This document shows positions 9,315-20,396 of a stretch of DNA of 64,000 nt, in pieces. This DNA comes from an uncultured Gemmatimonadales bacterium (GTDB lineage: Bacteria; Gemmatimonadota; Gemmatimonadetes; Gemmatimonadales; GWC2-71-9): the NCBI GenBank assembly GCA_963771275.1, contig CAVYSW010000003.1:1728001-1792000 (forward strand), written 5' to 3'. The notes under the pieces are model-generated. The model was not told where the DNA came from and did no database searches. It saw nothing but the letters and a program-made list of their open reading frames with translations. Position 1 is the stretch's first letter; each line of letters begins with the position of its first letter. The translations under genes were made by a program, and so were the position numbers.

Positions 9315-9318
<4 letters not shown>
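8407..9318 (+). CDS. argF: Ornithine carbamoyltransferase
   Basis: SSTRTRVSFE, HPCQ, GDGNN, FLHCLP, QAENR motifs; ATG at 8407. Confidence 0.97.
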
Positions 9319-10424
<1,106 letters not shown>

Positions 10425-10430
10425 CCGGCC

Positions 10431-10916
10431 ATGGTGCGCGTCGCGGTACTGACCGTGTCCGACCTCGGAGCGGCCGGCCGGCGGGCGGACGCGTCGGGCG
10501 ACGCGATCGCCGCCTGGGCGGCCGGCCGGGGCTTCACGCTCGCGGCACGGGACGTGGTGCCCGACGAGAGCGATCGCATTGCGGGGACGCTGGCGCGGTG
10601 GGCCGATGACGGCGTCGCCGATCTCATCCTCACGACGGGGGGTACCGGACTCGCACCGCGGGACGTGACCCCGGAGGCGACCCGGGCGGTGCTCGAGCGG
10701 GAGGCCCCCGGCATCGCCGAGGCGATCCGCGCCGCCGCCCGCGGCGCCGTGCCGCGGGCGGCACTGTCGCGCGGCCTGGCCGGCGCTCGCGCCGCGGCGC
10801 TGATCGTCAACCTCCCCGGCAGCCCCGCCGGCGTGCGGGACGGACTCGGCGTGCTCGATCCGCTGGTCGAGCACGCCGTGCAGCTGCTCACCGGATCGCC
10901 CACCGATCACGCATGA
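10431..10916 (+). CDS. Molybdopterin adenylyltransferase (MogA/MoaB family)
   Basis: VLTVSD, TTGGTGLAPRDVTPEAT, NLPGSP. Confidence 0.92.
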   Translation: MVRVAVLTVSDLGAAGRRADASGDAIAAWAAGRGFTLAARDVVPDESDRIAGTLARWADDGVADLILTTGGTGLAPRDVTPEATRAVLEREAPGIAEAIRAAARGAVPRAALSRGLAGARAAALIVNLPGSPAGVRDGLGVLDPLVEHAVQLLTGSPTDHA

Positions 10917-12433
10917 CCGGCCGCGTGGTGGTCACGATGGACGACCTCGAGGTCGCCGTCCCGCTCAACGCCGGGCTGGAAGCGGCCGCCTTGCACACCA
11001 CGCTGGTCTCCTCGCTCGACGACGTGCGCGCCGCGGTGCGCCGCGCCGATCCCGAGGTCATCGTGCTGACGGGCGCGCTGCACGAGCGGCCCGCCGCGGA
11101 GCTGGTCGGTCTGGCGCGCGGCCGCTCGATCTCGACGCTCGGCCTGCTCGAGGCGACCGACCACGAGCCCGCCCGCCTGGCGCAGGACATCGGTCTCACG
11201 GTGTGGATGCAGAAGCCCGTCGACCCCGGCGACGTGGCGGCGGTCGTCCAGCGGCTGATCGAGCGGCGGCAGCTGCAGGAGCGCACGGGGATCCTGGGCG
11301 ACAGTCCCCCCGTGCAGGAAGTGCTCGTGAAGATCGAGCAGATGGCGCCCGTCTCGAGCACGCTGCTGATCGAAGGGGAGTCGGGGACGGGGAAGGAGCT
11401 CGTGGCGCAGGCGATCCACAGCCTCTCGCCGCGCCGCGACAAGCCGTTCGTCGCCGTGAACTGCGCCGCGCTGCCGGAAACGCTGCTGGAGTCCGAGCTG
11501 TTCGGGCACGAGAAGGGATCGTTCACGGGCGCGGCCGAGCGGCGGCTCGGCCGCTTCGAGCTGGCAAACGGCGGCACGCTGTTCCTCGACGAGGTGGGAG
11601 AGATGCCGCCCGCCGTCCAGGTGAAGCTGCTCCGGGTGCTGGAGACGCGCAGCTTCTTCCGGGTCGGCGGCGTCCAGCCGATCCGCGTGGACGTGCGCGT
11701 GATTGCGGCCACCAACCGGTCGCTCAAGGACGCCGTGGCAGTGGGGCAGTTCCGCGACGACCTGTTCTACCGGTTGAACGTGCTGTACATCTACCTGCCA
11801 CCGCTGCGCGAGCGGCGCGGCGACATCCCGATCCTCGTCCATCGCTTCGTCCGGGACCTGAGCCGCCAGCACGGACGGGAGTTTCGCGGCATCACCCGGG
11901 AGGCGATCGAGCTGCTCGCCCGCACCCCCTGGCCCGGCAACGTGCGCCAGCTCCACAATCTCATCGAGTCGATGGTGGTGCTCGCGCCGGGACGCGAGAT
12001 CGGGGCCCTCGACATCCCGCCCGACATTCGCGATGGCGGGGCGCGACTGCTCCCGGTGCGCCTGCCGGAGACGTCGCGCGACATCACCGGACAGGAGCTG
12101 GAGTTCATCTTCCGCTCGCTGGTGGAGCTCAAGGTCCAGATCGAGGACCTGCGGCGGCGGCTCGACGAGACCGACCACCCGGTCGAAGTGATCGACGTGC
12201 GGCGGACCCCGCTGCACGGCGACGATCTCGTCCGCGCGCGGGACGGCGGCCCGCGTGAGCCCGAGCCGAGTGCGGTGCTCTACCGCGCGGGCATGAAGAT
12301 GACCGACGTGGAGCGTGCGGCGATCGAGGCGGCGCTGGAAGAGACCGGCGGGAACCGGCGCAAGGCCGCGGAGCGGCTGGCGATCGGCGAGCGGACGCTG
12401 TACCGCAAGATCAGGGAGTACGGGTTGGACTGA
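10913..12433 (+). CDS. Sigma54-dependent Fis-family activator with pseudo-receiver N-terminus
   Basis: [37 protein letters not shown]-terminal HTH. Confidence 0.92.
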   Translation: MTGRVVVTMDDLEVAVPLNAGLEAAALHTTLVSSLDDVRAAVRRADPEVIVLTGALHERPAAELVGLARGRSISTLGLLEATDHEPARLAQDIGLTVWMQKPVDPGDVAAVVQRLIERRQLQERTGILGDSPPVQEVLVKIEQMAPVSSTLLIEGESGTGKELVAQAIHSLSPRRDKPFVAVNCAALPETLLESELFGHEKGSFTGAAERRLGRFELANGGTLFLDEVGEMPPAVQVKLLRVLETRSFFRVGGVQPIRVDVRVIAATNRSLKDAVAVGQFRDDLFYRLNVLYIYLPPLRERRGDIPILVHRFVRDLSRQHGREFRGITREAIELLARTPWPGNVRQLHNLIESMVVLAPGREIGALDIPPDIRDGGARLLPVRLPETSRDITGQELEFIFRSLVELKVQIEDLRRRLDETDHPVEVIDVRRTPLHGDDLVRARDGGPREPEPSAVLYRAGMKMTDVERAAIEAALEETGGNRRKAAERLAIGERTLYRKIREYGLD

Positions 12434-12434
12434 A

Positions 12435-12508
12435 ATGCAAAGTGAAAAGTGAAAAGTGAAAAGCGCCGCCCCCGCCGCCCCTGCCGCTTCTGCCGCTTCT
12501 GCCGCTTC
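12435..12508 (+). repeat. Heptamer (GTGAAAA)n followed by nonamer (CTGCCGCTT)n tandem repeats
   Basis: aagtgaaaagtgaaaagtgaaaag then ctgccgcttctgccgcttctgccgcttc. Confidence 0.8.
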
Positions 12509-13245
12509 GTCACTCGCCGCACTCTCGGCCTCGGTGATCGCGTGCCGCGCCTGCCCCCGCCTCGTGGCGTGGCGCGAGCGCGTCGCGCGCGAGAAGCGGC
12601 GCGCCTTCCGCGCGTGGGATTACTGGGGCCGCCCCGTGCCGGGGTTCGGCGATCCGCGCGCCCGGATGCTGATCGTCGGGCTTGCGCCGGCGGCACACGG
12701 TGCCAACCGCACGGGCCGGATGTTCACCGGCGACCAGAGTGGCGATTGGCTGTACGCCGCCCTGCACCGGTTCGGCTTTGCCAGTCAGGCCGGCTCCGCG
12801 GCGCGCGATGACGGGCTCGCGCTGGCGGACTGCTATGTCACCGCCGCCGCACGATGCGCCCCGCCGGGCAACCGGCCGACCGGCGAGGAGCTGACGCGCT
12901 GTCGGGGGTACCTCGCGGGCGAGATCGCGCTGCTCCGCCGCGTGCGCCTCGTCGTGACCCTCGGCCGGGTGGCCCACGAGGCGTGGCTCCGGGCAGCGGG
13001 CTGGTGGCACGCGCTGGCGCCCGCCCAGCGACCGGCGTTCGCGCACGGCGCCCTGACGACGCTGCCTGACGGGATCCGCGCTGCTCAGCGCCTACCACCC
13101 CAGCCGGCAGAACACCAACACGGGCCGCCTCACCCGCGCCATGTGGCACGCGATCTTCCGACGGGCGCGGGGCGTGCTGGACGATGCCGGCCCGCGAGGG
13201 AGCGCGGACGGAGAGAGAGCGAGGGGGGCTGGGAGGGAGCGATGA
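12456..13245 (+). CDS. udgB: Family-5 uracil-DNA glycosylase, +1 frameshift near 13076-13080
   Basis: CRACPRL, GLAPAAHGANRTGRMFTGD; the missing motif LLSAYHPSRQNTNTGRLT is in the next frame from 13081 and ends TGA at 13243-13245; start approximate. Confidence 0.85.
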
Positions 13246-14231
13246 GGGCCATGCTGCTCGAGCGGCAACGCGCGCCGCTCCGGGAGGCCGCCATGGACGT
13301 GCCGCGGCCGGGGCCGGGCCAGGTGCTGCTCCGGGTCGGCGCCTGCGGGGTGTGCCGCACCGATCTCCACGTCGCCGACGGCGACCTGCCGGATCCCAAG
13401 CTGCCGCTCGTGCTGGGCCACGAGATCGTGGGGGTGGTGGCAGCGGCCGGGGCGGGCGCCGCGCGGTTTCCCGTCGGCGCGCGGGTCGGCGTGCCCTGGC
13501 TGGGCTGGACCTGCGGCGCGTGCCGCTACTGCCGCGCGGGGCGGGAGAACCTCTGCGACCGCGCGCGGTTCACCGGCTATCACCTGGACGGCGGCTACGC
13601 GGAGTACGCGCTGGCCGACGAGCGGTTCTGCGTGCCCCTGCCGGGAACGCTGTCGGACGCGCACGTGGCGCCGCTCTTGTGCGCGGGCCTGATCGGCTAC
13701 CGCGCGTACCGCGCGGCGGGTGAGGGCGAGCGGCTCGGCCTCTACGGCTTCGGCGCGGCGGCCCACATCATCGCCCAGGTGGCGATGCACGACGGGCGAA
13801 GGGTATACGCGTTCACCCGGGCGGGCGACCGCGCCGCCCAGGATCTGGCGCTCGGTCTGGGCGCGGCCTGGGCGGGCGGGTCGGACCAGACGCCGCCCGA
13901 ACCGCTGGACGCGGCGATCGTGTTCGCGCCGGTCGGCGGGCTCGTGCCGGTCGCCCTGCGCGCGGTCATCAAGGGGGGCACCGTCGTGTGCGCCGGGATC
14001 CACATGAGCGACATCCCGGCGTTTCCCTACGAGGTCCTCTGGGGCGAGCGCGTGCTCCGCTCCGTGGCCAACCTCACCCGGCGGGACGGCGAGGAGTTCT
14101 TCGCCGCCGTGGCGGCGGCGCCGGTGGAGACCACGGTGGAGCTGTACCCGCTGGCGGCCGCCGACCGCGCCCTGGACGACCTCCGGTCGGGGCGTCTGCG
14201 GGGAGCGGCGGTGCTCGCCGTGCGGGAATGA
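13242..14231 (+). CDS. Zinc-dependent alcohol dehydrogenase family protein
   Basis: CGVCRTDLH, GHEIVG, CGACRYC...ENLC, LLCAGLIGY; GGGAGGGAG RBS and ATGA overlap with the corrected udgB stop. Confidence 0.92.
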   Translation: MRAMLLERQRAPLREAAMDVPRPGPGQVLLRVGACGVCRTDLHVADGDLPDPKLPLVLGHEIVGVVAAAGAGAARFPVGARVGVPWLGWTCGACRYCRAGRENLCDRARFTGYHLDGGYAEYALADERFCVPLPGTLSDAHVAPLLCAGLIGYRAYRAAGEGERLGLYGFGAAAHIIAQVAMHDGRRVYAFTRAGDRAAQDLALGLGAAWAGGSDQTPPEPLDAAIVFAPVGGLVPVALRAVIKGGTVVCAGIHMSDIPAFPYEVLWGERVLRSVANLTRRDGEEFFAAVAAAPVETTVELYPLAAADRALDDLRSGRLRGAAVLAVRE

Positions 14232-14253
14232 ACCTTCGGGCGGAGTCCGTGTA
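14229..14253 (+). promoter_or_regulatory. Candidate ECF-sigma promoter for the Gld-type ABC operon
   Basis: TGAAC-N16-TGTA about 30 nt upstream of ATG 14284. Confidence 0.35.
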
Positions 14254-14283
14254 AGACAAGCCGCCAGCAGCCAAAACGAGACC

Positions 14284-15225
14284 ATGTCACTGCTCAATCT
14301 GGATGGCGTCGGCAAGCGGTTCGGAGCCGTCGTCGCCGTCGATGGCGTCGACGCGTCGGTGGACCGCGGGGAAGTCGTCGGCTTCCTCGGGCCGAACGGC
14401 GCCGGGAAATCCACCACCATGCGGATGATCACGCAGTTCCTCGAGCCGGATCGCGGGGCGATCCGGCTGGACGGCGTGCCGCTGGCCCAGGCCGGGCGCG
14501 AGGCCAAGCGCCGCATCGGGTACCTGCCGGAGAACAATCCGCTCTACACCGACATGCTCGTGGCGGACTACCTCGGCTTCATCGTGCGCCTGCGGGAGAT
14601 TCCCCAGCCGGCGCGCCGCGGCGCGATCGACCGCGCGGTGGCGCGCACGGGCGTGGAGAGCGTGTACTACCGCAGCATCGGCGAGCTGTCGAAAGGGTTC
14701 AAGCAGCGCGTCGGGCTCGCCCAGGCGATCGTGCACGAGCCGGACCTGCTGGTGCTCGACGAGCCCACCGAGGGCCTCGATCCCAACCAGCGGGTCGAGA
14801 TCCGTCGCCTGATCGGCGACCTCGGCCGCGAACGGACCGTGATCCTGTCCACGCACGTGCTCTCCGAGGCGCAGCACACCTGCTCCCGCCTGCTGATCAT
14901 CAACCGCGGGCGCCTCGTGGCCGACGGGCCCGTGGGACAGCTCGTGGCCCAGGCCCAGGGGCTGGCGCAGGTGGGTGTGGAGATCGCCGGCGCCGGCGTG
15001 GCCGATGCGATTCGCGCGCTCCCGGGCGTCACGCTGGTCGAGGAGCGGGGCGCGCTCGACGGGCGCGTGCGGCTCGGCGTCAGCGCGCAGGGGGAGACGG
15101 ACGTCCGGCCGGCGATCTTCCGGCTGGCCCACGAGCGCGGCTGGACGCTGTACGAGCTGCACGAGGAGGGTGGCAGCCTCGAGGCGCTGTTCCGGCAGCT
15201 GACCACCGAAGGGGGGCGCGCATGA
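14284..15225 (+). CDS. ABC transporter ATP-binding protein (GldA-like)
   Basis: GPNGAGKSTT, LSKGFKQRVGLAQA, LDEPTEGLDPNQ. Confidence 0.92.
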   Translation: MSLLNLDGVGKRFGAVVAVDGVDASVDRGEVVGFLGPNGAGKSTTMRMITQFLEPDRGAIRLDGVPLAQAGREAKRRIGYLPENNPLYTDMLVADYLGFIVRLREIPQPARRGAIDRAVARTGVESVYYRSIGELSKGFKQRVGLAQAIVHEPDLLVLDEPTEGLDPNQRVEIRRLIGDLGRERTVILSTHVLSEAQHTCSRLLIINRGRLVADGPVGQLVAQAQGLAQVGVEIAGAGVADAIRALPGVTLVEERGALDGRVRLGVSAQGETDVRPAIFRLAHERGWTLYELHEEGGSLEALFRQLTTEGGRA

Positions 15226-17474
15226 GTCGCGTCTGGACGGTGGGCCGCCGCGAGCTCACGGCGCTGTTCGACGCGCCGACGGGTTATATCCTGCTGATCG
15301 TCTTCCTCGCGGTCAACAACTTCCTGTTCTTCCGGCAGGCGTTCCTCATCGGCGTGGCGTCGCTCCGGCCAATGCTCGACCTGCTGCCCTGGATCCTGCT
15401 GTTCCTCGTGCCGGCGGTCACGATGCGCTCGCTCGCCGACGAGGTCAGGAGCGGCACGATCGAGGTGGTGCTGGCGCAGCCGATCACGGAGCTCGAGCTC
15501 GTGCTGGGCAAGTACCTCGGGGTCCTGCTGTTCCTGTGGTGCGGGCTGGCGCTCACGCTCGGGCTGCCGCTGGGGTTCGCGCTGGGGGCCCACCTGCCGA
15601 TCGGGGTGATCGCGGCGCAGTACGTCGGCGCGCTGCTGCTCGTGGCCGGGCTCACGGCGGTGGGCCTGTGGACCTCGAGCCTCACGCGCAACCAGATCAC
15701 CGCGTTCATCGTGGGCGTGGGGGTCATGTTCGTGCTGGTGCTGATCGGCCTCGATCCGCTGATCGTGGGGCTGCCACCCGTGCTCGGCGCCCTCGCCGCG
15801 CGGCTCGGCGTGCTGTCGCACTTCGAGAGCATCGGCCGGGGCGTGATCGACCTGCGGGACGTGGTGTACTTCGGCTCGCTCGCGGCCCTGTTCCTGGTGC
15901 TGAGCTACGCGGCGGTGCTGGCGCGCAAGCTGCCGGCCGGGGCGCCCGCCGCCCGCCGCCTCCAGGCGGGGACCGCGGCGCTCGCGGCGGTCGTGGTCGT
16001 CGTCAACCTGCTCGGCGGCTACATCGGCGGCCGGCTCGACCTCACGCCGGGACGGGCCTACACCCTCTCGCCCGCGACGCGCGCGCTGGTGCGGAACGCG
16101 GGCGACATCGTGACGCTCGAGCTGTTCGCGTCGCGCGAGCTGCCGCCCGAGATCTCGCTGCTGAAGCGCGACGTCGACGACATGCTGCGCGACCTGCGGG
16201 CGGCCGGCCACGGCAACGTGCGGATCATCGAGCGCGACCCCGCCGAGGACCAGCAGGCCAAGGACGCGGCCCAGGCGGCGGGCATCCCGCCGATCCAGTT
16301 CAACGTGATCGGGCAGTCGCAGCTCCAGATCCGCCAGGGTTACATGGGCCTCGCAATCCGCTACGCGAATTCGCAGGAGGCGATCCCGGTGATCCAGCGG
16401 ACCGACGATCTGGAGTACCGGATCGCGTCCGCCATCCGGTCGATGACCCGCACGGGCAAGCCGGTCGTCGGGTTGGTGATCGATCCCTCGGCCGCGGCGA
16501 TGGGCCAGCGCACCTACCAGGGGCTGCGGGGCGAGCTGGCGAAGACCTACGACGTGCGCAGCGTGTCGCTCGCCCAGGACTCCGCGCCGACGCGTGATGT
16601 CCGGGCCCTGCTGCTCGTGGGGTCGCCGGATTCGCTGCCCGCCGGCGAGGCGGAGCGGCTCAGGGCGTATCTCGCGGGCGGGGGCGCGGCCCTGGTGATG
16701 GCCGGCGGCATGGCGATCGATCCGCAGCAGCCGTACTTCGCGACGCCGCGCCCCGTGACGTGGGACGCCGTGCTCCAGGACTACGGCGTGACGATCCGGC
16801 CGGATATGGTGTACGACCTGCTCGCCAACGAGAGCGTCGCGCTGCCGACCCAGTACGGCCGGCTGCTCACGCAGTACCCGCTGTGGGTTCGGGCCGCCGG
16901 GACCGGCCGGTCGGTGGTGAACGAGGAGATCGCCTCGCTGTTCCTGCCGTGGACCAGCTCGATCGACACGACGGGCGCGCGGGCGGGGACGGTGACGCCG
17001 CTGTTCGTGTCGAGCCGCGCCGGCGGCATCTCCGCCAGCGAGACGCTGCTCGATCCCCAGCGGCACTTCGCCACCGATAGCCTCGCGTCCCGCCTGCTCG
17101 CCGTGCTCGTCAATCCGCTCAGCCCGCTGGTGTCGGGCGACACCGCGGGACCGCGCGGCCGGCTCGTCGTCGTGGGCAACGAGGAGTTCGCCTCCGACCG
17201 GCAGGCGCGCTCCGTGCCGGAGAACCTCACGTTCGTGCTGAACGCGGTGGACTGGCTGGCGCAGGACGAGGGGCTGATCGCGATCCGGTCGAAGGACCGG
17301 CGCCCGCCGCCGCTCGCCTTGAGCGAGGGCACGCGCGGCGCCGTGAAATACGCCAACGTGGTCGGGATGCCGCTGCTCGTGGGCCTCGCGGGTCTCGCGC
17401 GGCTCGTGGGCCGGCGGAGAACCATGCGACGGACGTACACACCGGGCACGGCCGCCGGAGGAGGGGCCGCATGA
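15222..17474 (+). CDS. Fused ABC-2 permease (GldF-like) and GldG-like auxiliary domain
   Basis: TMRSLADEVRSGTIEVVL, HFESIGRGVIDLRDVVYF, RLDLT...YTLS, NAVDWL...LIAIRSK. Confidence 0.88.
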   Translation: MSRVWTVGRRELTALFDAPTGYILLIVFLAVNNFLFFRQAFLIGVASLRPMLDLLPWILLFLVPAVTMRSLADEVRSGTIEVVLAQPITELELVLGKYLGVLLFLWCGLALTLGLPLGFALGAHLPIGVIAAQYVGALLLVAGLTAVGLWTSSLTRNQITAFIVGVGVMFVLVLIGLDPLIVGLPPVLGALAARLGVLSHFESIGRGVIDLRDVVYFGSLAALFLVLSYAAVLARKLPAGAPAARRLQAGTAALAAVVVVVNLLGGYIGGRLDLTPGRAYTLSPATRALVRNAGDIVTLELFASRELPPEISLLKRDVDDMLRDLRAAGHGNVRIIERDPAEDQQAKDAAQAAGIPPIQFNVIGQSQLQIRQGYMGLAIRYANSQEAIPVIQRTDDLEYRIASAIRSMTRTGKPVVGLVIDPSAAAMGQRTYQGLRGELAKTYDVRSVSLAQDSAPTRDVRALLLVGSPDSLPAGEAERLRAYLAGGGAALVMAGGMAIDPQQPYFATPRPVTWDAVLQDYGVTIRPDMVYDLLANESVALPTQYGRLLTQYPLWVRAAGTGRSVVNEEIASLFLPWTSSIDTTGARAGTVTPLFVSSRAGGISASETLLDPQRHFATDSLASRLLAVLVNPLSPLVSGDTAGPRGRLVVVGNEEFASDRQARSVPENLTFVLNAVDWLAQDEGLIAIRSKDRRPPPLALSEGTRGAVKYANVVGMPLLVGLAGLARLVGRRRTMRRTYTPGTAAGGGAA

Positions 17475-18376
17475 GTCCCGCCGCACTCAAGCGCGCGCTG
17501 CTGGCGCTGGCGGTGCTGCTGGTTGCCTGGGGAGGGCTCGCGCTGTTCCGCCGCTCGATGAGCGACGCGCCGCTGGCGCTCGCGCTCCCCAAGCTGAGCG
17601 CGGCGGACATCGACCGGATCACGATCACGGCGCCCGGCGACACGATCGACCTCAGGAGCACCGCGAGCGGCTGGCAGGCCAACGGGTACGCGGCGGCGGC
17701 CGGCTCGGTGGACGACCTGATCGCCGCGCTGTCGGACACGGGCAACGCGAGCGAGCTGGTCGCGCGGAGCGCCGCCTCGCACGCCCGCATGGGGGTGGAC
17801 ACGGCGGGCGGCCGGCGGGTGCGGTTCTTCAAGGGAGATCGCGCGCTCGCCGACGTGATCGTCGGGAGCCAGGGTCGCTCGTTCCAGACCGCCTACGTCC
17901 GGTTGGCCGGGGACGACGACGTCTACCTGCTGCACGGGCGGCTGCCGAGCCTCGCGGCGCGCGACCTCGACGCATGGCGCGACCGGCGGATCGCGGCGGT
18001 CCCCGCCGACAGCGTGCGATCGGTGGAGGTGGCGCGCGGCGGGCGGCGCTGGGTGCTGTCGCGGGCGGATGGTGCCTGGCGGCTCGGCGCGGCGGCGGCG
18101 GATTCCGGAGCGGTCGCCCGGCTGCTCCAGGGCATGGGCGACGTGAGCGCGCTGGGCTTCGCCACCGTCGCGCAGGCGGAGTCGCTGGACTTCGCGCATC
18201 CCAAGCGCGCGCTGACGGTGTTGGGCGGCTCGAGCGACACGCTGCTCCGCCTGCTGTTCGATTCGACGGCGGGCGGCTCGTGGGTGCGTCGCGCGACGGG
18301 CGGCCCGGTGTACCGGCTGGATTTCTGGCGGCTCGATCAGCTGACGCCGAGCGACAGCACGCTGCGGAAGAAATAG
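17471..18376 (+). CDS. DUF4340-like protein
   Basis: N-terminal TM and two repeated domains (WRDRRI); usual third gene of Gld-type operons. Confidence 0.75.
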   Translation: MSPAALKRALLALAVLLVAWGGLALFRRSMSDAPLALALPKLSAADIDRITITAPGDTIDLRSTASGWQANGYAAAAGSVDDLIAALSDTGNASELVARSAASHARMGVDTAGGRRVRFFKGDRALADVIVGSQGRSFQTAYVRLAGDDDVYLLHGRLPSLAARDLDAWRDRRIAAVPADSVRSVEVARGGRRWVLSRADGAWRLGAAAADSGAVARLLQGMGDVSALGFATVAQAESLDFAHPKRALTVLGGSSDTLLRLLFDSTAGGSWVRRATGGPVYRLDFWRLDQLTPSDSTLRKK

Positions 18377-18688
18377 GGACGATTCTCCTCGCGTTTCTCC
18401 TCCGTTCCGGGCGGCCGGTGCGCGCCGGAACGGGGGATCCGCAGCCTCCCAGTGGCATACTCTCTGCTCCCCTAAGGCACGCTCCAAGGCACAGGCCCCC
18501 GACGAAGGGGCGTGTGTGGAGTGTGCGCAACAAGGGTTGAACCCTGGCGTGGCGGAGGGGGCATAAGTTGCATCCTTTCAACACGTTGAGTCGCATTCGG
18601 CCATTGACATCCCCGGGGCGGCAACGCCAATGTTGCCGGGCGTTGCCGTCCTCGGAACCCACGCATTTCGCGCTAGGTCGGCTGCATC

Positions 18689-20368
18689 GTGCGGTTTGAG
18701 GTCAACGACAAGTGCGTCAGCTGCATGGCATGCGTGCGGGTCTGTCCGTCGAACGCCATTGCGGTTGAGGACACGGACGTCTGGATTGTCGACGAGGCCT
18801 GCGTGCGCGCGGGGCTGTGCGTCGAGGCGTGCCCGCATGACGCGATCGATGTCGTCGGCGACCGGGCGCGGGTGCGCGAGCTGCTCGCGACCGGCTCCAC
18901 GGTGCTGGTGTTGGCGGGCGAGGCGGCGGTGCACTTCCATCCGCACGCGCTGGAGCAGGTGGTGAACGCCTGCTTCCGGGTCGGGTTCATCGGGGTGCAT
19001 CATGGGGTGGTGGGAGAGGAGCTGGTGGCCGCGGAGTACCTGCGGCTATGCAGCGACACGCGGTGGCAGACGATGATCCGGTCCACGTGTCCGATCCTGG
19101 TGGAGAAGATCCGGAGCGAGTATCCCGAGCTGGTGCGGTATCTCGCGCCGGTGGTGACGCCGCTCAAGGCCGAGGTGGACTACCTGCGCGACGTGTACGG
19201 GGAGGGCGGGGCCATCGTGTACGCCGGTGTGTGCCTGGCGGACGCGACCGGGAACGTCGAGGCGGCGCTGACGTTCCGCGATCTGGAGCTGTTGCTCGAG
19301 GAGTCCGGGGTGAGCGTGGGGGCCGAGCCCACGTACCATCGCCGCATTCCGGGCGTCCGGCGGCGGCACGTGAGCACGGCGGGCGGGATGCCGCTCGAGA
19401 TGCTGCTGCGGGAGCATCAGGCGAGCCGGCGGTTCCGCAAGTTCCGCGGGCTCGGGGCGCTGGATCTGATTCACCACGCGGTGGTGACGGACGGGATCGC
19501 GCTCGGCTTCGTGGACATTCTGCCGTGCGAGGGGTGTCTGGACCACCCGCTGCTCGGCCCGCGGGACGAGCTGTTCTGGCGGCGCCGGGTGGCGGCGCAG
19601 AGCGAGCCGCCGCGGAGCGAGTTGCCGGTGATCGACCCGGAGGTCATAGTCAACGTCGCCACATCGTTTACATTCCATGGCGACGGGACGCACCCTCCGG
19701 ACGATGAGATCGAGGCGGTCGTCCGGCAGGTGGGGACCGCCCCGAACGGCGCGCCGTGGGATTGCGGGGCGTGTGGGTTCGGGACCTGCCGGGAGTTCGC
19801 GGCGCAGCTGCTGCGGGGTCGCGCGACGCTGCGGCAGTGCCCGCCGTATCAGGAGCGGGTGGCGGCGGAGGCGCAGCGCGAGGCCGCGGTGGACGCGCTC
19901 ACGGGGCTGGTGACGTACCGCGTGCTGCGGGACCGGTTGGCCAACGAGGCGGCGCGCAGCAGCCGGAGCGGCGAGCGGTTCGCGGTGCTGTTCATGGATC
20001 TCGACGGGTTCAAGCAGGTGAACGACACGTTCGGGCACCGGGCGGGGAGCGAGGTGCTGGCGGCGATCGGGCAGGTGGTGCAGAAGGCGGTGCGGAGCAC
20101 GGATGTGGCGGGGCGGTACGGCGGTGACGAGTTCGTGGTGCTGCTGGTGCGGACGGACGTGTCGGGCGCGCTGCGGGTGGGGGAGGTGATTCGGGAGCGG
20201 GTGGAGGCGGTGGGGCGCGCGCTGGGGTATGCGCCGGGGACGATCAGCGCGTCGATCGGGGTGGCGGAGTGCGATCCCGAGGCGGCCAACGGCACGGACG
20301 TGCTGGAGCGGGCGGACCGGGCGCTGTATCGGGCGAAGGCGCTGGGCGGCAATCGCATCGAGGTCTGA
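18689..20368 (+). CDS. Diguanylate cyclase with ferredoxin, [FeFe]-hydrogenase-like and Fe-S sensor domains
   Basis: CVSCMACVRVCP and CVRAGLCVEACP; RSTCP, AGVCLA, DILPCEGC; DCGACGFGTC...QCP; DLDGFKQVNDTFGH and RSTDVAGRYGGDEF. Confidence 0.88.
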   Translation: MRFEVNDKCVSCMACVRVCPSNAIAVEDTDVWIVDEACVRAGLCVEACPHDAIDVVGDRARVRELLATGSTVLVLAGEAAVHFHPHALEQVVNACFRVGFIGVHHGVVGEELVAAEYLRLCSDTRWQTMIRSTCPILVEKIRSEYPELVRYLAPVVTPLKAEVDYLRDVYGEGGAIVYAGVCLADATGNVEAALTFRDLELLLEESGVSVGAEPTYHRRIPGVRRRHVSTAGGMPLEMLLREHQASRRFRKFRGLGALDLIHHAVVTDGIALGFVDILPCEGCLDHPLLGPRDELFWRRRVAAQSEPPRSELPVIDPEVIVNVATSFTFHGDGTHPPDDEIEAVVRQVGTAPNGAPWDCGACGFGTCREFAAQLLRGRATLRQCPPYQERVAAEAQREAAVDALTGLVTYRVLRDRLANEAARSSRSGERFAVLFMDLDGFKQVNDTFGHRAGSEVLAAIGQVVQKAVRSTDVAGRYGGDEFVVLLVRTDVSGALRVGEVIRERVEAVGRALGYAPGTISASIGVAECDPEAANGTDVLERADRALYRAKALGGNRIEV

Positions 20369-20396
20369 GGTGGCGGCTTCGAGAGGGGAGCGGGCG

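Noticed and set aside
12456..14231. 591-aa UDG-alcohol dehydrogenase fusion in the ORF track
   Set aside because: The UDG C-terminal motif lies in another frame and adh has its own RBS and ATGA-coupled start; the fusion is a frameshift product
14284..18376. Gliding-motility system
   Set aside because: GldA/F/G-like ABC modules are widespread outside Bacteroidota and no gliding motor or T9SS genes are present
18555..18575. Sigma54 -24/-12 promoter upstream of the cyclase (GGCATAAGTTGCA)
   Set aside because: The spacing between GGCA and TTGC is 2 nt short of the strict requirement
18689..20368. Catalytic H2-evolving [FeFe]-hydrogenase
   Set aside because: H-cluster pocket motifs are degenerate (no TSCCP, no PCxxKxxE Lys) and no maturases are in the window
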